Shown piece by piece: positions 49,165 to 61,221 of a stretch of DNA of 64,000 nucleotides. Each line of letters begins with the position of its first letter. The stretch's first letter is position 1. A program made the translations under genes and the position numbers. The DNA is from Lytechinus pictus (lineage: Eukaryota): NCBI RefSeq assembly GCF_037042905.1, contig NC_087251.1, positions 17,982,001 through 18,046,000 of the forward strand, in the 5' to 3' direction. The notes below the pieces were generated by a model, which did no database searches, was not told the DNA's origin, and saw only the letters and a program-made list of their open reading frames with translations.

Positions 49165-50110
49165 TTTTTGTCTCACCTGCATAGCAGAGTGAGACTATAG
49201 GCGCCGCTTTTCCGACGGCGGCGTCAACACCAAATCTTAACCTGAGGTTAAGTTTTTGAAATGACAGCATAACTTAGAAAGTATATGGACCTAGTTCATG
49301 AAACTTGGCCATAAGGTTAATCAAGTATTACTGAACATCCTGCCTGAGTTTCATGTCACATGACCAAGGTCAAAGGTCATTTAGGGTCAATGAACTTAGA
49401 CCATGTTGGGGGAATCAACATCAAAATCTTAACCTAAGGTTAAGTTTTTGAAATGTCATCATAACTTAGAAAATATATGGACCTAGTTCATGAAACTTAT
49501 ACATAAGGTTAATCAAGTATCACTGAACATCCTGCATGAGTTTCACATCACATGACCAAGGTCAAAGGTCATTTAGGGTCAATGAACTTTGGCCGAATTG
49601 GGGGTATCTGTTGAATTACCATCATAACTTTGAAAGTTTATGGATCTGATTCATGAAACTTGGACATAATAGTAATCAAGTATTACTGAACATCCTGTGC
49701 AAGTTTCAGGTCACATGATCAAGGTCAAAGGTCATTTAGGGTCAATGAACTTTGGCCAAATTGGGGTATTTGTTGAATTACAGCCATAAATTTGAAAGTG
49801 TGTTGGTCTAGTTCATAAAACTTGGACATAATAGTAATCAAGTATCACTGAACATCCTGTGCGAGTTTCAGGTCACATGATCAAGGTCAAAGGTCATGTA
49901 AGGTCAAAGAACTTTGGCCACGTTGGGGGTATTTGTTGAATTGCCATCATATCTCTATAAGTGTATTGGTCTAGTTCATAAAACGTGGAAATAAGAGTAA
50001 CCAAGTATCACTGAACATCTTGTGCGAGTTATAGTAATTTTCAAAATCAGCACTGCTGCTATATTGAATCGCGTGATGCAGGTGAGACGGCCAGAGGCAT
50101 TCCACTTGTT
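49165..50110 (+). mobile_element. HINE, copy 2 (near-identical to copy 1)
   Basis: Same structure and almost identical sequence, with a shorter GGC tract and different flanks. Confidence 0.8.
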
Positions 50111-50112
50111 AA

Positions 50113-50830
50113 GGCATTTACAGCTATTTTTAGATCAATGTCAAGGTCAAAATATACATATTTTACTTTATGTATTATTTGTAGCTTAAAATTGAACAAG
50201 AAAGGAACATGATTTGCAATTATCAGCTAAAAGTCACAATTAGTATTGAAATGAGACAAAAGTGAAAGTTGGTGTAAACAACCTATAATGGGATATTGGC
50301 AGATTATTAATTTTTTGTATAAATTTCAGCTGTATTTTCAAGGTCATTGTCATGTAAGAACAATTAATTAATACTATATCTTCCAAGTACTCATTATGGA
50401 CTACCTATACTGCAAATATCCATATGATCAGGCATTCAGTCTGAGAAAAAAATAATTTTCAAATGTGTTGTAAAGCTCACATGTGTTGTGAATATGCTAA
50501 TGTTTGGGCATTTATAGCTATTTTTAGATCAATGTCAAGGTCAAAAGATAAAGATATGACTATGTATTATTTGGAGCCTAAAATAGAACCAGAAAGGAGC
50601 ATGATTTGCAATTATCAGCTTACAGTCACCATTAGTATTGAAATGACACACAAGTGAAAGTGGGTGTAAACACATTTTAATGCCCTATCATTACGGAAAA
50701 TTGACCCGATTTATTGTTTTTGATGATTTTCAGCTGTGTTTTTCAAGGTCATTGCAAATAAGACAAACTATTTGTGATGCATATCCTTTTAGTACTAATT
50801 ACAGACTACCATTACAGACAATACCAGTGA
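50113..50830. repeat. Diverged ~395-bp tandem duplication
   Basis: GGCATTTA[C/T]AGCTATTTTTAGATCAATGTCAAGGTCAAAA at ~50113 and ~50507, with continuing similarity. Confidence 0.7.
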
Positions 50831-51614
50831 TTGCACCCTTTTCATTTTTTTGAAATGTGCTGAAAACTTGTATGTGTCGTTTTACATAGATTTTGGGGTG
50901 TTTACGACCATTGTCGAATGCGTAAACCAGCTATTAAACATTTCGGTCACAAAAATTTTTAAGTATCCCATGAAAATATAGGTAAGTGTCTATCAGTATA
51001 CAGAAATTGGGGGCGCACCTGGATGGGACGAGGGGTGATTCGTGACCTTGAACTTGGCAACTTTTAGAAAAAATCAAACTTTGAGGGCGCCCTACAAGAA
51101 ATCGACGTGCATGGTAGGGCCAATTTTTTGTAGGTCTGTTGAGCAAGTCATAGTCTTCAAATATGCATAATATTGGGTTCTAATCTAATTGAATTTGGAA
51201 GTTATGAGCCTCCAAACATGCACCCAAAAACATTGACTTGGACGCTTAACACCATTTTCACCATTAACACCATTTTCGGCGACCTTGTGCGCAATAACGG
51301 CTGGTCAGGTCCACGTCATATTATATTGTGTGTGTTACGACTATAAAGTTCTTCCAATTTACAGAAAATTAGAACACTGCATCATCAAACTTGGCTCCAG
51401 CAGTCAATCAAAATTAGCTAATTTTTTAAAAACTTTATTGTTTGGCCACGCATTGGTTGCTAAGGGAGGCCATATCCTAGCAACCGTTTGACCTTTGGGC
51501 AAAATATTGCAGTTTTTTCCGTCAGACACTTGGGGGAACATTTGGTGCGAGTTTAAAGAAAATCGAAGGGGGTCGGGTGACAAGCATTGGTTGATTTGAT
51601 ACGGATTGACCCAA

Positions 51615-51859
51615 TAAGCCTAATTTCATATAATAAAATACAAAAGAACAAGTGGGGATATGACATCCTCAGCCCACCTAATGAATATTCATAAAGACCT
51701 GCCTAGAACTGTTTCACCGGATTAATGCAAATCTTTTATAAAATTCAATAACTTTGTTATTTTTTATCCAATTTTTTATCATATTTTCAGCATTTTGCTC
51801 TGAATTTTACTCTATTTATTGAATTATAAATACATGTATCTTCAGCCTGGAGCATCCCT
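51615..51859. mobile_element. Right half of the Kolobok-like MITE family seen at 560-1158
   Basis: Matches ~930-1158 (CAGCCCACCTAATGAATATTCAT...CAGCCTGGAGCATCCCT|TTAA). Confidence 0.8.
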
Positions 51860-52652
51860 TTAACAAAGTCATGGAGGATTTGAATGGGAATGAGGACAAA
51901 AAGTATGTTTCTGCTTTACTCAACTGTCTCTGGAAATGATTCTGCACCAGCTTGTTTATATGTACTGTATGCCTAGTTTGAAGAGTATTTTGTTAAACTT
52001 TTATCCACAATATAGGTTTGATTCGGATCTCTTTTTTTCTATGCTCTGATAAAGTGCACTTAGGATTCTGTCTGTGATATTAATTCATTCCGTCATCAAC
52101 ACATGGCAACAATCACTATGGATGCCGAAGAATGTACTGCCTGATAAATGAACCAACAAAGCCTTGACCCAATGATTGGTTGATAAAAAATAATGAAATG
52201 GTAAAAACACATTTGATCTCAAAGACTATACCGCCACCATTGTTGATGCAGAGTCAGTGCTGTCGATCATATTTTAGGTAGCCCTCATCAGGCGGCGATC
52301 ATTTCCAGGGTGATGGAAACAACTTTATTTGTAAATACAAAGGAGAGGTGATAAAGCACGAATGGCCTGGAAGGTGCAAAACACCTGCTCCTGAAGGTAC
52401 AATGCATCATGAATGGGAAGTTCCTCCTGTTACTATGGTAACACACAGATACATAGAGAATGATGCAGATATCGCTTCTGAGCCTCTGAGGGAGGCGAAT
52501 CGGATGATATTTTTGCTCTGATTTTGTTAGCTGCAGCAGGCACTGGACATTGGTTAAAAAAGCATTCGTCATGTATCACCTATTGCTGCTGGTCATGGAA
52601 AGATTCCTTGACAGTTTTCAGTTCGTGTGTCTTGCAAGCTGAAATCTTTAGG

Positions 52653-53582
52653 ATGTCGGAAGTGGCCATCTATGTAGTCATTGCCATCATTATTGTTATC
52701 AATGCCATTGGGAACATGTTAATCATCTTCACTTACCAGAGAGAATCCATCTTAAGAGTGCCTGCAAACACTTATATCGTGAGTCTTGCATGTGCGGACC
52801 TCTTTTACGTGGTCTTGGCTCCATTGTGTCTTATAGTCTCAACAACCATGGACATCAGCCAGAACACTACATGCCTTTGGAGTCTTACCCTTCTCATGAT
52901 AAACTTTCCTGTCTCTATTTTCCACCTTCTTCTGATAGCTGTCGATCGTTACACAGCTGTGACCAAACCCCTGAGGTACTTTGTGATCATGTCGGAATTA
53001 AGAGTGAATGTCTATCTCTTCCTAGCTTGGTTCTTTGGGTTGCTGATTGGTCTCCTGCCGCAGTTTGGATGGCACAATACAATGGACACCCCTTTACCAG
53101 TCTGCAGCTATCTTTTCATCCTGCCTCAAGAGTATTTCATCTTCCTCTTCACATGCTGCTTCATTGTTCCTCTCCTCATCATGGTCTTCCTCTACTTTGT
53201 CATGTTTAGAGAGGCGAGACGGCAGACCCGTCGTGTGGCGCAGCTAGAGATAGCCGTTCTCTTCAAGAACGGTGTGCGACGGAAACCTCGCCTGATGAAA
53301 GACATCAAGGCCACCATCACAGTTGGCCTTATCCTAGGCAGCTTCATCCTGTGTTTTTTACCTACCTGTTTAGCCTACTTTACCTACATAGCAAACACAA
53401 ACTTGGGAAACTCTGGTGTATTCCTCAGTCTGTCTAGTGCTTGTAATATAACATTGGCCCTCAGTACAGCCGTAAATCCGTTCATCTATGCATACAAGAG
53501 TCAGAGGTTCCGTCAGAGGGCCTCTGTCATTATCCTTCGCACGCATAATCTCCTAAAGATTCTATTTGGATGTCACGTATAA
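52653..53582 (+). CDS. Class A (rhodopsin-like) GPCR, adenosine-receptor-like, intronless CDS, ~309 aa
   Basis: Seven TM segments. Motifs GN (TM1), SLACAD (TM2), SIFHLLLIAVDRY...PLRY (TM3), LLPQFGW, CFLP (TM6) and VNPFIYAY...FR (TM7/H8). First ATG is at 52653; the ORF-track start at 52524 is a TTG. Confidence 0.93.
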   Translation: MSEVAIYVVIAIIIVINAIGNMLIIFTYQRESILRVPANTYIVSLACADLFYVVLAPLCLIVSTTMDISQNTTCLWSLTLLMINFPVSIFHLLLIAVDRYTAVTKPLRYFVIMSELRVNVYLFLAWFFGLLIGLLPQFGWHNTMDTPLPVCSYLFILPQEYFIFLFTCCFIVPLLIMVFLYFVMFREARRQTRRVAQLEIAVLFKNGVRRKPRLMKDIKATITVGLILGSFILCFLPTCLAYFTYIANTNLGNSGVFLSLSSACNITLALSTAVNPFIYAYKSQRFRQRASVIILRTHNLLKILFGCHV

Positions 53583-53974
53583 TGGAAGAATATCTATACC
53601 ATGGAAGTGTATCATTTGCTAGAATAGTCTTCCAATGTAGCTGATGATTCTCAGAACTTCCACTCTTGGAGTATTTTTGCATATGAGGAACTATACTAAA
53701 GCCAAAGCCAAATCATGTATGAATTAAACAGGTATGTTCAAGTGTGTGATTCTTACAGGATAGATCTGCCTTGTGTTGCAATTATAAGTTATTTGTGTAA
53801 GGTTATTTGAATCTGTACTAACAATGCTGTCCATGTGAAGGTCATTGGCGTACCTTTTCACCAGTGATTGTTTTCAGCATTTATGGTCTGATTAGAGGGC
53901 CAACAGTTTGCTATGTACAGTAAAACTTGTTTCAATTGCTTTTTTTTGTAAGTGAGGACATATGTTTGACATTG

Positions 53975-56900
53975 CAGGGTGCTACATAACTTTTTTGAAG
54001 CACTTGCCCAGTCGGGCAAGTAAATTTTTATAGTTAGAAAATACTTGCCCGAATATAGATTTCACTTGCCCGAAAAAATCCTTCAAAACAAAGTTTTATT
54101 GCTTTAAAACAAGTTATAGGCTTACTGTTTTACATACCATACCATTGATGGCTTTAATATATTTTTCAACATGACTACTGATGTACATGTACCTTGTATT
54201 TCTTTTTTTAATGATTTTTATCTTGTACATCATGACAAAATATATGGTCCATATGCTCTTTAATCTATTTCCTAATCTCATATATTTTGGAAGGGACTAG
54301 GACGCGCAATAAAAAAGGGGAATTCACTGAAAATAACCAGAGAAAAAAAAAAATTAAGAGAGGGGGAGAGAATGAAAAAAAAAAAAAGACAGAAAGGAGG
54401 AAGAAATAAAGGAAGGAAGAAAGAAAAAAAAAAGAAGAAAGAAAGAAAGAGAGAGAGAATGGCTGCGGGGAAGAGAAAGAAAGAAAGAAAGAAGGGAAAG
54501 AAGGAAGGAAAGAAAAAAGAAAGAAAGAAAAAAAACTGAGGGGAAGAGAAAGAAAGGAAAGAAAGGAACGAATAAAGAAAGAAAAAGGGTAAAAGGAAAG
54601 AAAGGAAAAGGTAAAGGATGGATGGAAGGAAGAGAAAGGGAAAGAAAGAAAACAAGAGAAAGGAAAGAAAAAAGAAAGGAAGAAAGAAAAGGTAAAAGGA
54701 TAGATTGAAGGAAGGAAAAAAAGAAAGAAAAGAAAGATAGATAGAATGAAAGACAGAAAGAAATGAAGGAAGGAATGAAGGAAAGAGATGAAGGAAGGCA
54801 GAAAGAAAAAAAAATAAGGAAGAAAGAAAAGGATGGATGGAAAATAAAAGAAAGATCAAAAGAACGAAAGACAGAAATAAAGAAAATCAGGAAGAAAGAA
54901 AATGAAAGGAAAAAATAGAGAAAAAAACTGAGGGGAAGAGAAAGAAAGGAAAGAAAGAAAGGAACAAATAAAAAAAGAAAAAAGGTAAAAGGAAAGAAAG
55001 GAAGAAAAGGTAAAGGATGGATGGAAGGAAGGAAAAGGGAAAGAAAAAAACGAGAGAAAGGAACTTGAGAATGAAAAGCAGAGCTTCCAAGTCTCCCGGA
55101 TCCTGCGGGAGAATACTGGATTGCGATCCAATCTCCCGTTTTCCCGACCCCATGCCAAAATCTCCCGGATAATCAGGATTTTTAGCTGTTAAATTATAAA
55201 ATTCATACAAACGACTGTTTAACAAGTCTAGCATGTTCAACTTCCTAGCTTATACGGCAGCTTATATGATACGCGCCGTATAAGCTAAAACAACAACAAC
55301 AACTAACACCCACGTGGAACCTCCTTATCACATTTTCATTTTACCCAGTAAATTCTACCAGTTTTTGTATAATCGTACATTGATTTCCCATGTAAATTAA
55401 GATAATTTTACTGAACGACTGGTGAAGTAGTCTAACAAGCCATTTTATTTCCAGGTTCTGCAATGTGTGTGATGAAAACTCTTCAGCGGTACTCCATGCA
55501 CATGGCCCCCGATGCGCCCTGGAGTGGCTCCAGCCGGCCGCGCTGCGCCAGGAAGCTCCGAGAAGGAAAGTTCACGAGCACTGCGAGGCATTTTTCGTAA
55601 GCTTGCTTGCGCCTTATTCGAGCTGAAACTGTGGATCAACGATGGGATTAACAAGTGGATTACTTTTACACCTCGACTTTCAGTTTCAGGAATAATTTAA
55701 TTGACAATCCTGAAGAATTAGAAGCAAAGTGGAGATTTTTTCGCCTACTTTCACTTGGGTTGATCGGATTCGAACATTTTCTCTTTCGTGAGTGAGCTAG
55801 CCTGGCGCTGGCTGGCTGAGCTGTGCGAAGCACGCCCCGTTAGTCCGGGGGCAGGGGGAGTTTATTCAGCTGATCGGGTACATAAGGTTTGATGGTCCCA
55901 ACATGTTGGCATGATATCAGTGGTCAAGAAAATGTGTTGCTGCCGGGTCATATCCTGTACGGAAGGCCCAGAGGACCCCATTTTTGTCGGCCATCTTTGA
56001 TTTTTCATGAAAATCAATTATTTTCATATTTTTGCACAAACAATGGAAAAATATTAAATGAATACGCATTTCACAATGATTTAGACAGTAGAAATCGATT
56101 GCAATCATTTTTTGGACAGTCCGGTTAAAGGGGAAGTTCACCCTGAAGAAAACTTTGTTGTAAAAATAGCAGAAAAAATAGTAAAAAATATTGGTGAAGG
56201 TTTGACGAAAATCCGTTAAAGAGTAAGAAAGTTATTAGAGTTCAAAGTTTTGGATTTGTGACGTCATAAACGAGCAGCTGCCCCATGTGTTATGTAATAT
56301 AAAATGCATGAATTTTGAATTTTGTATGGTTCCTGATGACTTAATTTTTTTTCTATTCATGATCGGGTGTGAAATGATTTGTCTATTGATATACAAAAGG
56401 TACAGTGAAAACCATTTTCAATTTTCTGAGAAAATGACATTTCATTGATTTTTTACCATTCGCTATGTAGGAATGCTGCTCGCACATGACGTCACAAATC
56501 AAATAATTGAAATTCTAATAACTTTTTAATTATTTGATGAATTTTTCTCAAACCTTCGGCAATATTTTTGATTATTTTTTCTGCTATTTTTACAATAAAC
56601 TTTTTGTCAGAGTGAACTTCCCCTTTAATATTTTTTGAAAAATATAAGAATTTATGCCAAAATTTCCAGGTTTTTAGGCAAAAATTTGCATGTGCATTGA
56701 TATCTTTCCGTTCGTCATTAATATCAACAATTAATGAAAAATATCAGCATTCAACACGAAAGAGAATATATTAACGAGAATATTGATATGCTTCATGACA
56801 ATATTAATGTCTTAATTTGGTTAGATATAGGGAAAATACTTCCAAATGTATTCCCCGATATTGCGATTAAATGACACCAAAAAGCAACCTCCGTCACTAG

Positions 56901-58575
56901 TCACACGAGTGATACCGACTTCAATGCGCTCGCTATAGCTTTCCTTTCAAAAGAGTACAATAGACTCAATCGGTCTTGTCTTGCCTTTGTTGGTGTGACT
57001 AGCACGCATGAATGCATGTCATGAGCGTCGCTATAGAAAAATGTATATTACATATATGGGTATGAGGGAAAAAGGCGTTTTTTACATATTTAAGCAGCTT
57101 TTATGTTAATGAAACCTCTTGGAAAAGTTAGAGGAGGGATTGCTCTGCAGGTCGCAAGCAATTACATTCGGACACCTTAAAACATAGTCCCGCAAGAGCC
57201 TGTCGAAGGTACCCCACCCTTATCCAAAGCTTGACTATTAAAATATCTTGCCCTTTGGAGCCCTCAATGTGGCAAAATGATGCTACGGTTAGGTATAAAA
57301 ACAACTTTTATTTTCTTGAAATCACTTGCAGACGAAAGAGTAGGCTTTTCTCCATCAGCTACATTTAAATAAGTGAGGGCACAACAATGCCTACCCTCTC
57401 AGGGGGCTGCCCCAAGTCACCCACCCCCTTTTTCGTATTTTGCCCATTTCTTGGAAAATTTGTCAATTTGGAGCCACATTGATAAAAAAGTGTTTCTACT
57501 ATGTAGTGAAACCACTTTTATCGTTTTAAACCACTTGGAGACAAAAGAATAGACTTTTTTCTATCTGCTACATATAAAGAATTACTGGAAATTCGAAGCC
57601 ACCCCTGTCAGTGGGATGCCTAAAACACCTTCCCCTTTTTCCATATTTTTCAAATTTATGGAAAAATCTGAAAAGTTGGAGCCCCCACTGAGGCTAAAGG
57701 GTGTTTCTGCTAAAAAGCAATCCATTTAATTGTCTTAAAACCACATGGAGACGAAAGATTTGCCTTTCCTCTATCAGTTACATATAAAGAGGTGCTGGTA
57801 CAGCAAAGCCTACCCCCGTCAGGGGCTCCTGAAATTACCCACCCCTACAGTAAGGAAGAAAGTTCAGACTATCCAGTCATAAATAAAGAAGAAAATTTAT
57901 CAATGATTTCCTTGGCTAAAAAAAAATAGTTACGAAAGAAACCATGTTTATCAACATACACACAAGTGCATATTTGGGACTGTCAAACAATGTATTTCAG
58001 TGTGTGCAATACTAGACGATCATTCGAAACCTGATCTTTTTGAAGCATAACAGAAGTGAAAATTTATCCTTATACTGCTTACAAATGATAGAGCTACCCC
58101 AATTTTTAGGAAATGTGGACATTACAAGAGTTTTCATTGGTAAGAAATGTGAAGTTTGACAGTTCTGTGGGAGATTTCTTCCAGAGCAAACTTCGTTCGT
58201 GCAGCACCGTAGAAACCATGGGCTGCGTGGACTAGGCGCTAGCTAGCTAGGTATTCTAGACTGCCATTGATTCTGTGTGTGTGTGTACGTGTCTGAGCTG
58301 TGTGTTTATTGCAGAAAATGGCGCAAATTTTGCAATTCGAATCATGACTTATAAACTTTTTTGAAAGAAATTAATGATATGGCTTTTTTTCTCTCTTTTT
58401 CTTTTCTATATTTTTGATGGTGAAATATGGGGAATCTTTATAAAATATAATTTCTATATGAGAATTTTGCTTGCCCGATTCGGGCAATTAGTTTTTATCT
58501 GTGCTTCAAAACACTTGCCCGACTCTAACTTTTACTTGCCCCGGGCAATCGGGCAAGCGCTTATGTCGCACCCTG
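53975..58575. mobile_element. Large non-autonomous hAT-like element with nested insertions
   Basis: TIR CAGGGTGCTACATAA / TTATGTCGCACCCTG. Subterminal CTTGCCCG repeats. CATTG on both flanks. Contains a GA-rich tract (54340-55080), a TTAA MITE and ~210-bp tandem units (~57255-57850). Confidence 0.8.
56129..56624. mobile_element. TTAA-specific Kolobok-like MITE
   Basis: TTAA|AGGGGAAGTTCAC... / ...GTGAACTTCCCCT|TTAA with long TIRs. Confidence 0.88.
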
Positions 58576-59018
58576 CATTGGCAAAAGTTGACCCATATCA
58601 TTTATTCTGAATACATTTGCATTTTTATGATATATGTATGCAAATGCAATGTTTTTATTTATGCATGCAAGGTTGACTCATATTTTGTATATCACTATTT
58701 AATGGAGATTTTTGATAGAGTATATGTTTGTTTCAGAACAGTGTATGTTAGCTATATAATTCAGGATATTAGAATTTACTCTCCCAGAGTTATCATGAAT
58801 GATGTACATACAAGACAGAATGCTTCTGTTCTGTTCGATGTTTGTTATTATCATTATTACAGTACCTGTACAAGTATCAACTTTTCATCTCCTTGCAGAT
58901 CTGTAAATTTGCAGAAGATTGACATTGAGAAGCAAGTAGTTGACCCGCAGATACAATCCTTTCCTATGAGAGATTTATTCCCTGCAGCCAAGTAGCAATA
59001 AAAAAACACTTCAAAATC

Positions 59019-59051
59019 ATGGCAGTGCAACCTCAAATGGATGCAAAGCAG
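59019..59051 (+). CDS. TIMM9: TIMM9 coding exon 1 (MAVQPQMDAKQ); the exon probably starts at the acceptor at 58899
   Basis: ATG in good context (AAAATCATGG), donor CAG|GTAGAG, upstream acceptor CCTTGCAG at 58898. Confidence 0.85.
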
Positions 59052-59550
59052 GTAGAGTACATGGAATTTATGTTGATAAAACATTAAGCTAAGGAAATTA
59101 GAAAGTCAATTCCTGACCTTTTTATGTATGATTTTTTGTTGCAATGAAGTAATCACGTACATTGTGGTCTATTCTAACATTTGGATGTGGACCAATCTGA
59201 GTTTGAGATACCATTCAATGTTTTCTCACCTTATATGCAATATATCATGTTTAAAAAAATGCATGTTCAAGATAGTAGTTTCCTTATTTCTCTTTACAGT
59301 GTAGAGAAATAAAACAGATTTTGAAATCAACAACACATTTACATTTAAACAGAGGTGGTTAGGCATGCCTACCAACCTTACAATGTAGAGGATGGGAAAT
59401 AGGTGTTTGAAGTATGGAAAACAAGGCAGATAATTTGTCACAAAAGGACAGACTGAATTGTCTAGAATAGAGGAAAGTTACTTCCTTGTTTACAATTATA
59501 TATAGAGGTGAAAGTGTTAAGGCACTCTTTTCCTTTTCTTTACATCGCAG

Positions 59551-59646
59551 TTGAAGGAATTTCTCCACTCCTACAACAAGCTGACAGAAGCATGCTTCCT
59601 GGATTGCATCAATGACTTCACTAATAGAAAGCTACATGATAATGAG
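59551..59646 (+). CDS. TIMM9: TIMM9 coding exon 2 ([32 protein letters not shown])
   Basis: Polypyrimidine tract plus CAG acceptor, GAG|GTTAGT donor, first CX3C motif. Closely resembles the Tim9 signature KEFLxxYNKLTExCFLDC. Confidence 0.95.
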
Positions 59647-60822
59647 GTTAGTTGACTGTTCATGTTTGAAGTTTTCATAGGCCTCTTTTTCACCAAATAT
59701 ATTTCAAGATATTTTTTGTATTATTCATTTTGAGAGATTAAGAATTCAAGTAACTTTGCTTAATTCGATTCTTTTGGGATCACAGAAATCTGTTTAACTT
59801 ATGAGAAATTTGATCAAAGAAGAGGTTCATATAACTTGTGTTTTGCATAGGCTAGTCTGAAAATTGCTTTAAATTTAAATTTTATATCCCAAAGAATTTC
59901 AAACCTGATAATATCACTGGCGCCCATCTTACGAAGAATTTCAATAGTTCTGAATAAAAACCCAAACTGGATTCGATATCAAAATTCTGTAATTATGCGA
60001 TCGAATTTAGATATATCTCAATTTTAAGTTTGTATTAAAATCTATCACATCTTTTTGTGTGATTGGACCCTGTCCAATTTTCTATTTTCAAAATAAGTTT
60101 ATGTTTATGTATGATCTTATGGCTTGTATTTTTAAGTCAGGTTTAACTAAGACCATGGTCTAACTCTGCTAAAATTATGGATAGCCTAAAAAAATTCCTT
60201 ACATTGTGTGTTTCTTATGTTTATTGTGCTCTTTCTTAACTTGTGAATGATGAAAAAAGCTATCTTATCTATCCTTCTGCAATGGTAAAGAATGATTTGA
60301 GAGAAAAATGAACTGATGCATTGAAATTCTATTAGAGATTTATGCCACTATTGGCTATCCATAGTTAAACCGCATTTTTAAACCAGAGTTTAAATTAAAC
60401 CCAACTTTAGAATACGGGCCTATGAATTTATGCTCATTAGCAAATTATATTTGATATCTACAATGACATCATAAAGTATACATGTATACTCCCTTTAGGA
60501 AGTCAAAGGAAATGATTGATATTCTATGAATGATGAGAGATAGTGCCAAGTGATTTAGAGTAAATAGAAACTTGATGATTTTTACAAATGTTTAAAGGAA
60601 AATAATCAAAGCTATCATAAGGATGAGATGCCTGTTCAAATGCAGACCTCATAAATCAAGACAATTCATAATTAGAAAATATGACGAAACTGATTCTGTG
60701 GCTTGTACATGGCAAAATTCCTAAAACTGTCTTAAAAAATTGAATATTAATAAAACATGCAGAGTGGAATAAAAAAAAGTATAATATTCTAAATTTTGTT
60801 TTCTTTCACCTCAACATTGCAG

Positions 60823-60954
60823 AAACACTGTTCATTTAACTGCATGGAGAAGTACCTTAAGATGACGCAGAGAGTTTCCTTGAGATTTCAAGAGTACCAG
60901 GTCCAACAGAATGAAGGTCTTATAGCCCAACAAGCAAAGTTTGGTGGTAGATAG
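60823..60954 (+). CDS. TIMM9: TIMM9 coding exon 3 ([43 protein letters not shown])
   Basis: TTGCAG acceptor, second CX3C motif and the [16 protein letters not shown] signature. The spliced product is an 86-aa small Tim chaperone with phase-0 introns. Confidence 0.95.
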   Translation, partial: KHCSFNCMEKYLKMTQRVSLRFQEYQVQQNEGLIAQQAKFGGR

Positions 60955-61221
60955 TAAAGGATATAAACTATAAAATACAAATCAAATTGACTGTTGCCAG
61001 CATTTAATAGTCAAATCCAGCTTCGGCCAGATTTTAGCGGCCTCATTACAAACTGTTTCAAGTGGCTTTGTGACTCTGAACTACTGGCCTCAGCTCTGAA
61101 ATTAACGAGTATTGTTGAATATAATGTAACTATTAGAGGACTACCGACACCATTCAATGCAACCAGCTTGGATACTCCTGTCAGTGTTGCTTCTTTGTGG
61201 TGCTTTTTTAGGATCATCTTT

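Noticed and set aside
46037..51612. One large GGG...CCC-terminal transposon (Sola/Zator-like) spanning the HINEs
   Set aside because: The ends GGGCAGTTCCA and (revcomp) GGGTCAATCCG are only loosely similar and I see no TSD. They are probably ends of different elements.
52524..52652. N-terminal extension of the GPCR in the ORF track
   Set aside because: It starts at TTG with no supporting homology. The first ATG at 52653 directly precedes TM1. An upstream spliced coding exon cannot be excluded.
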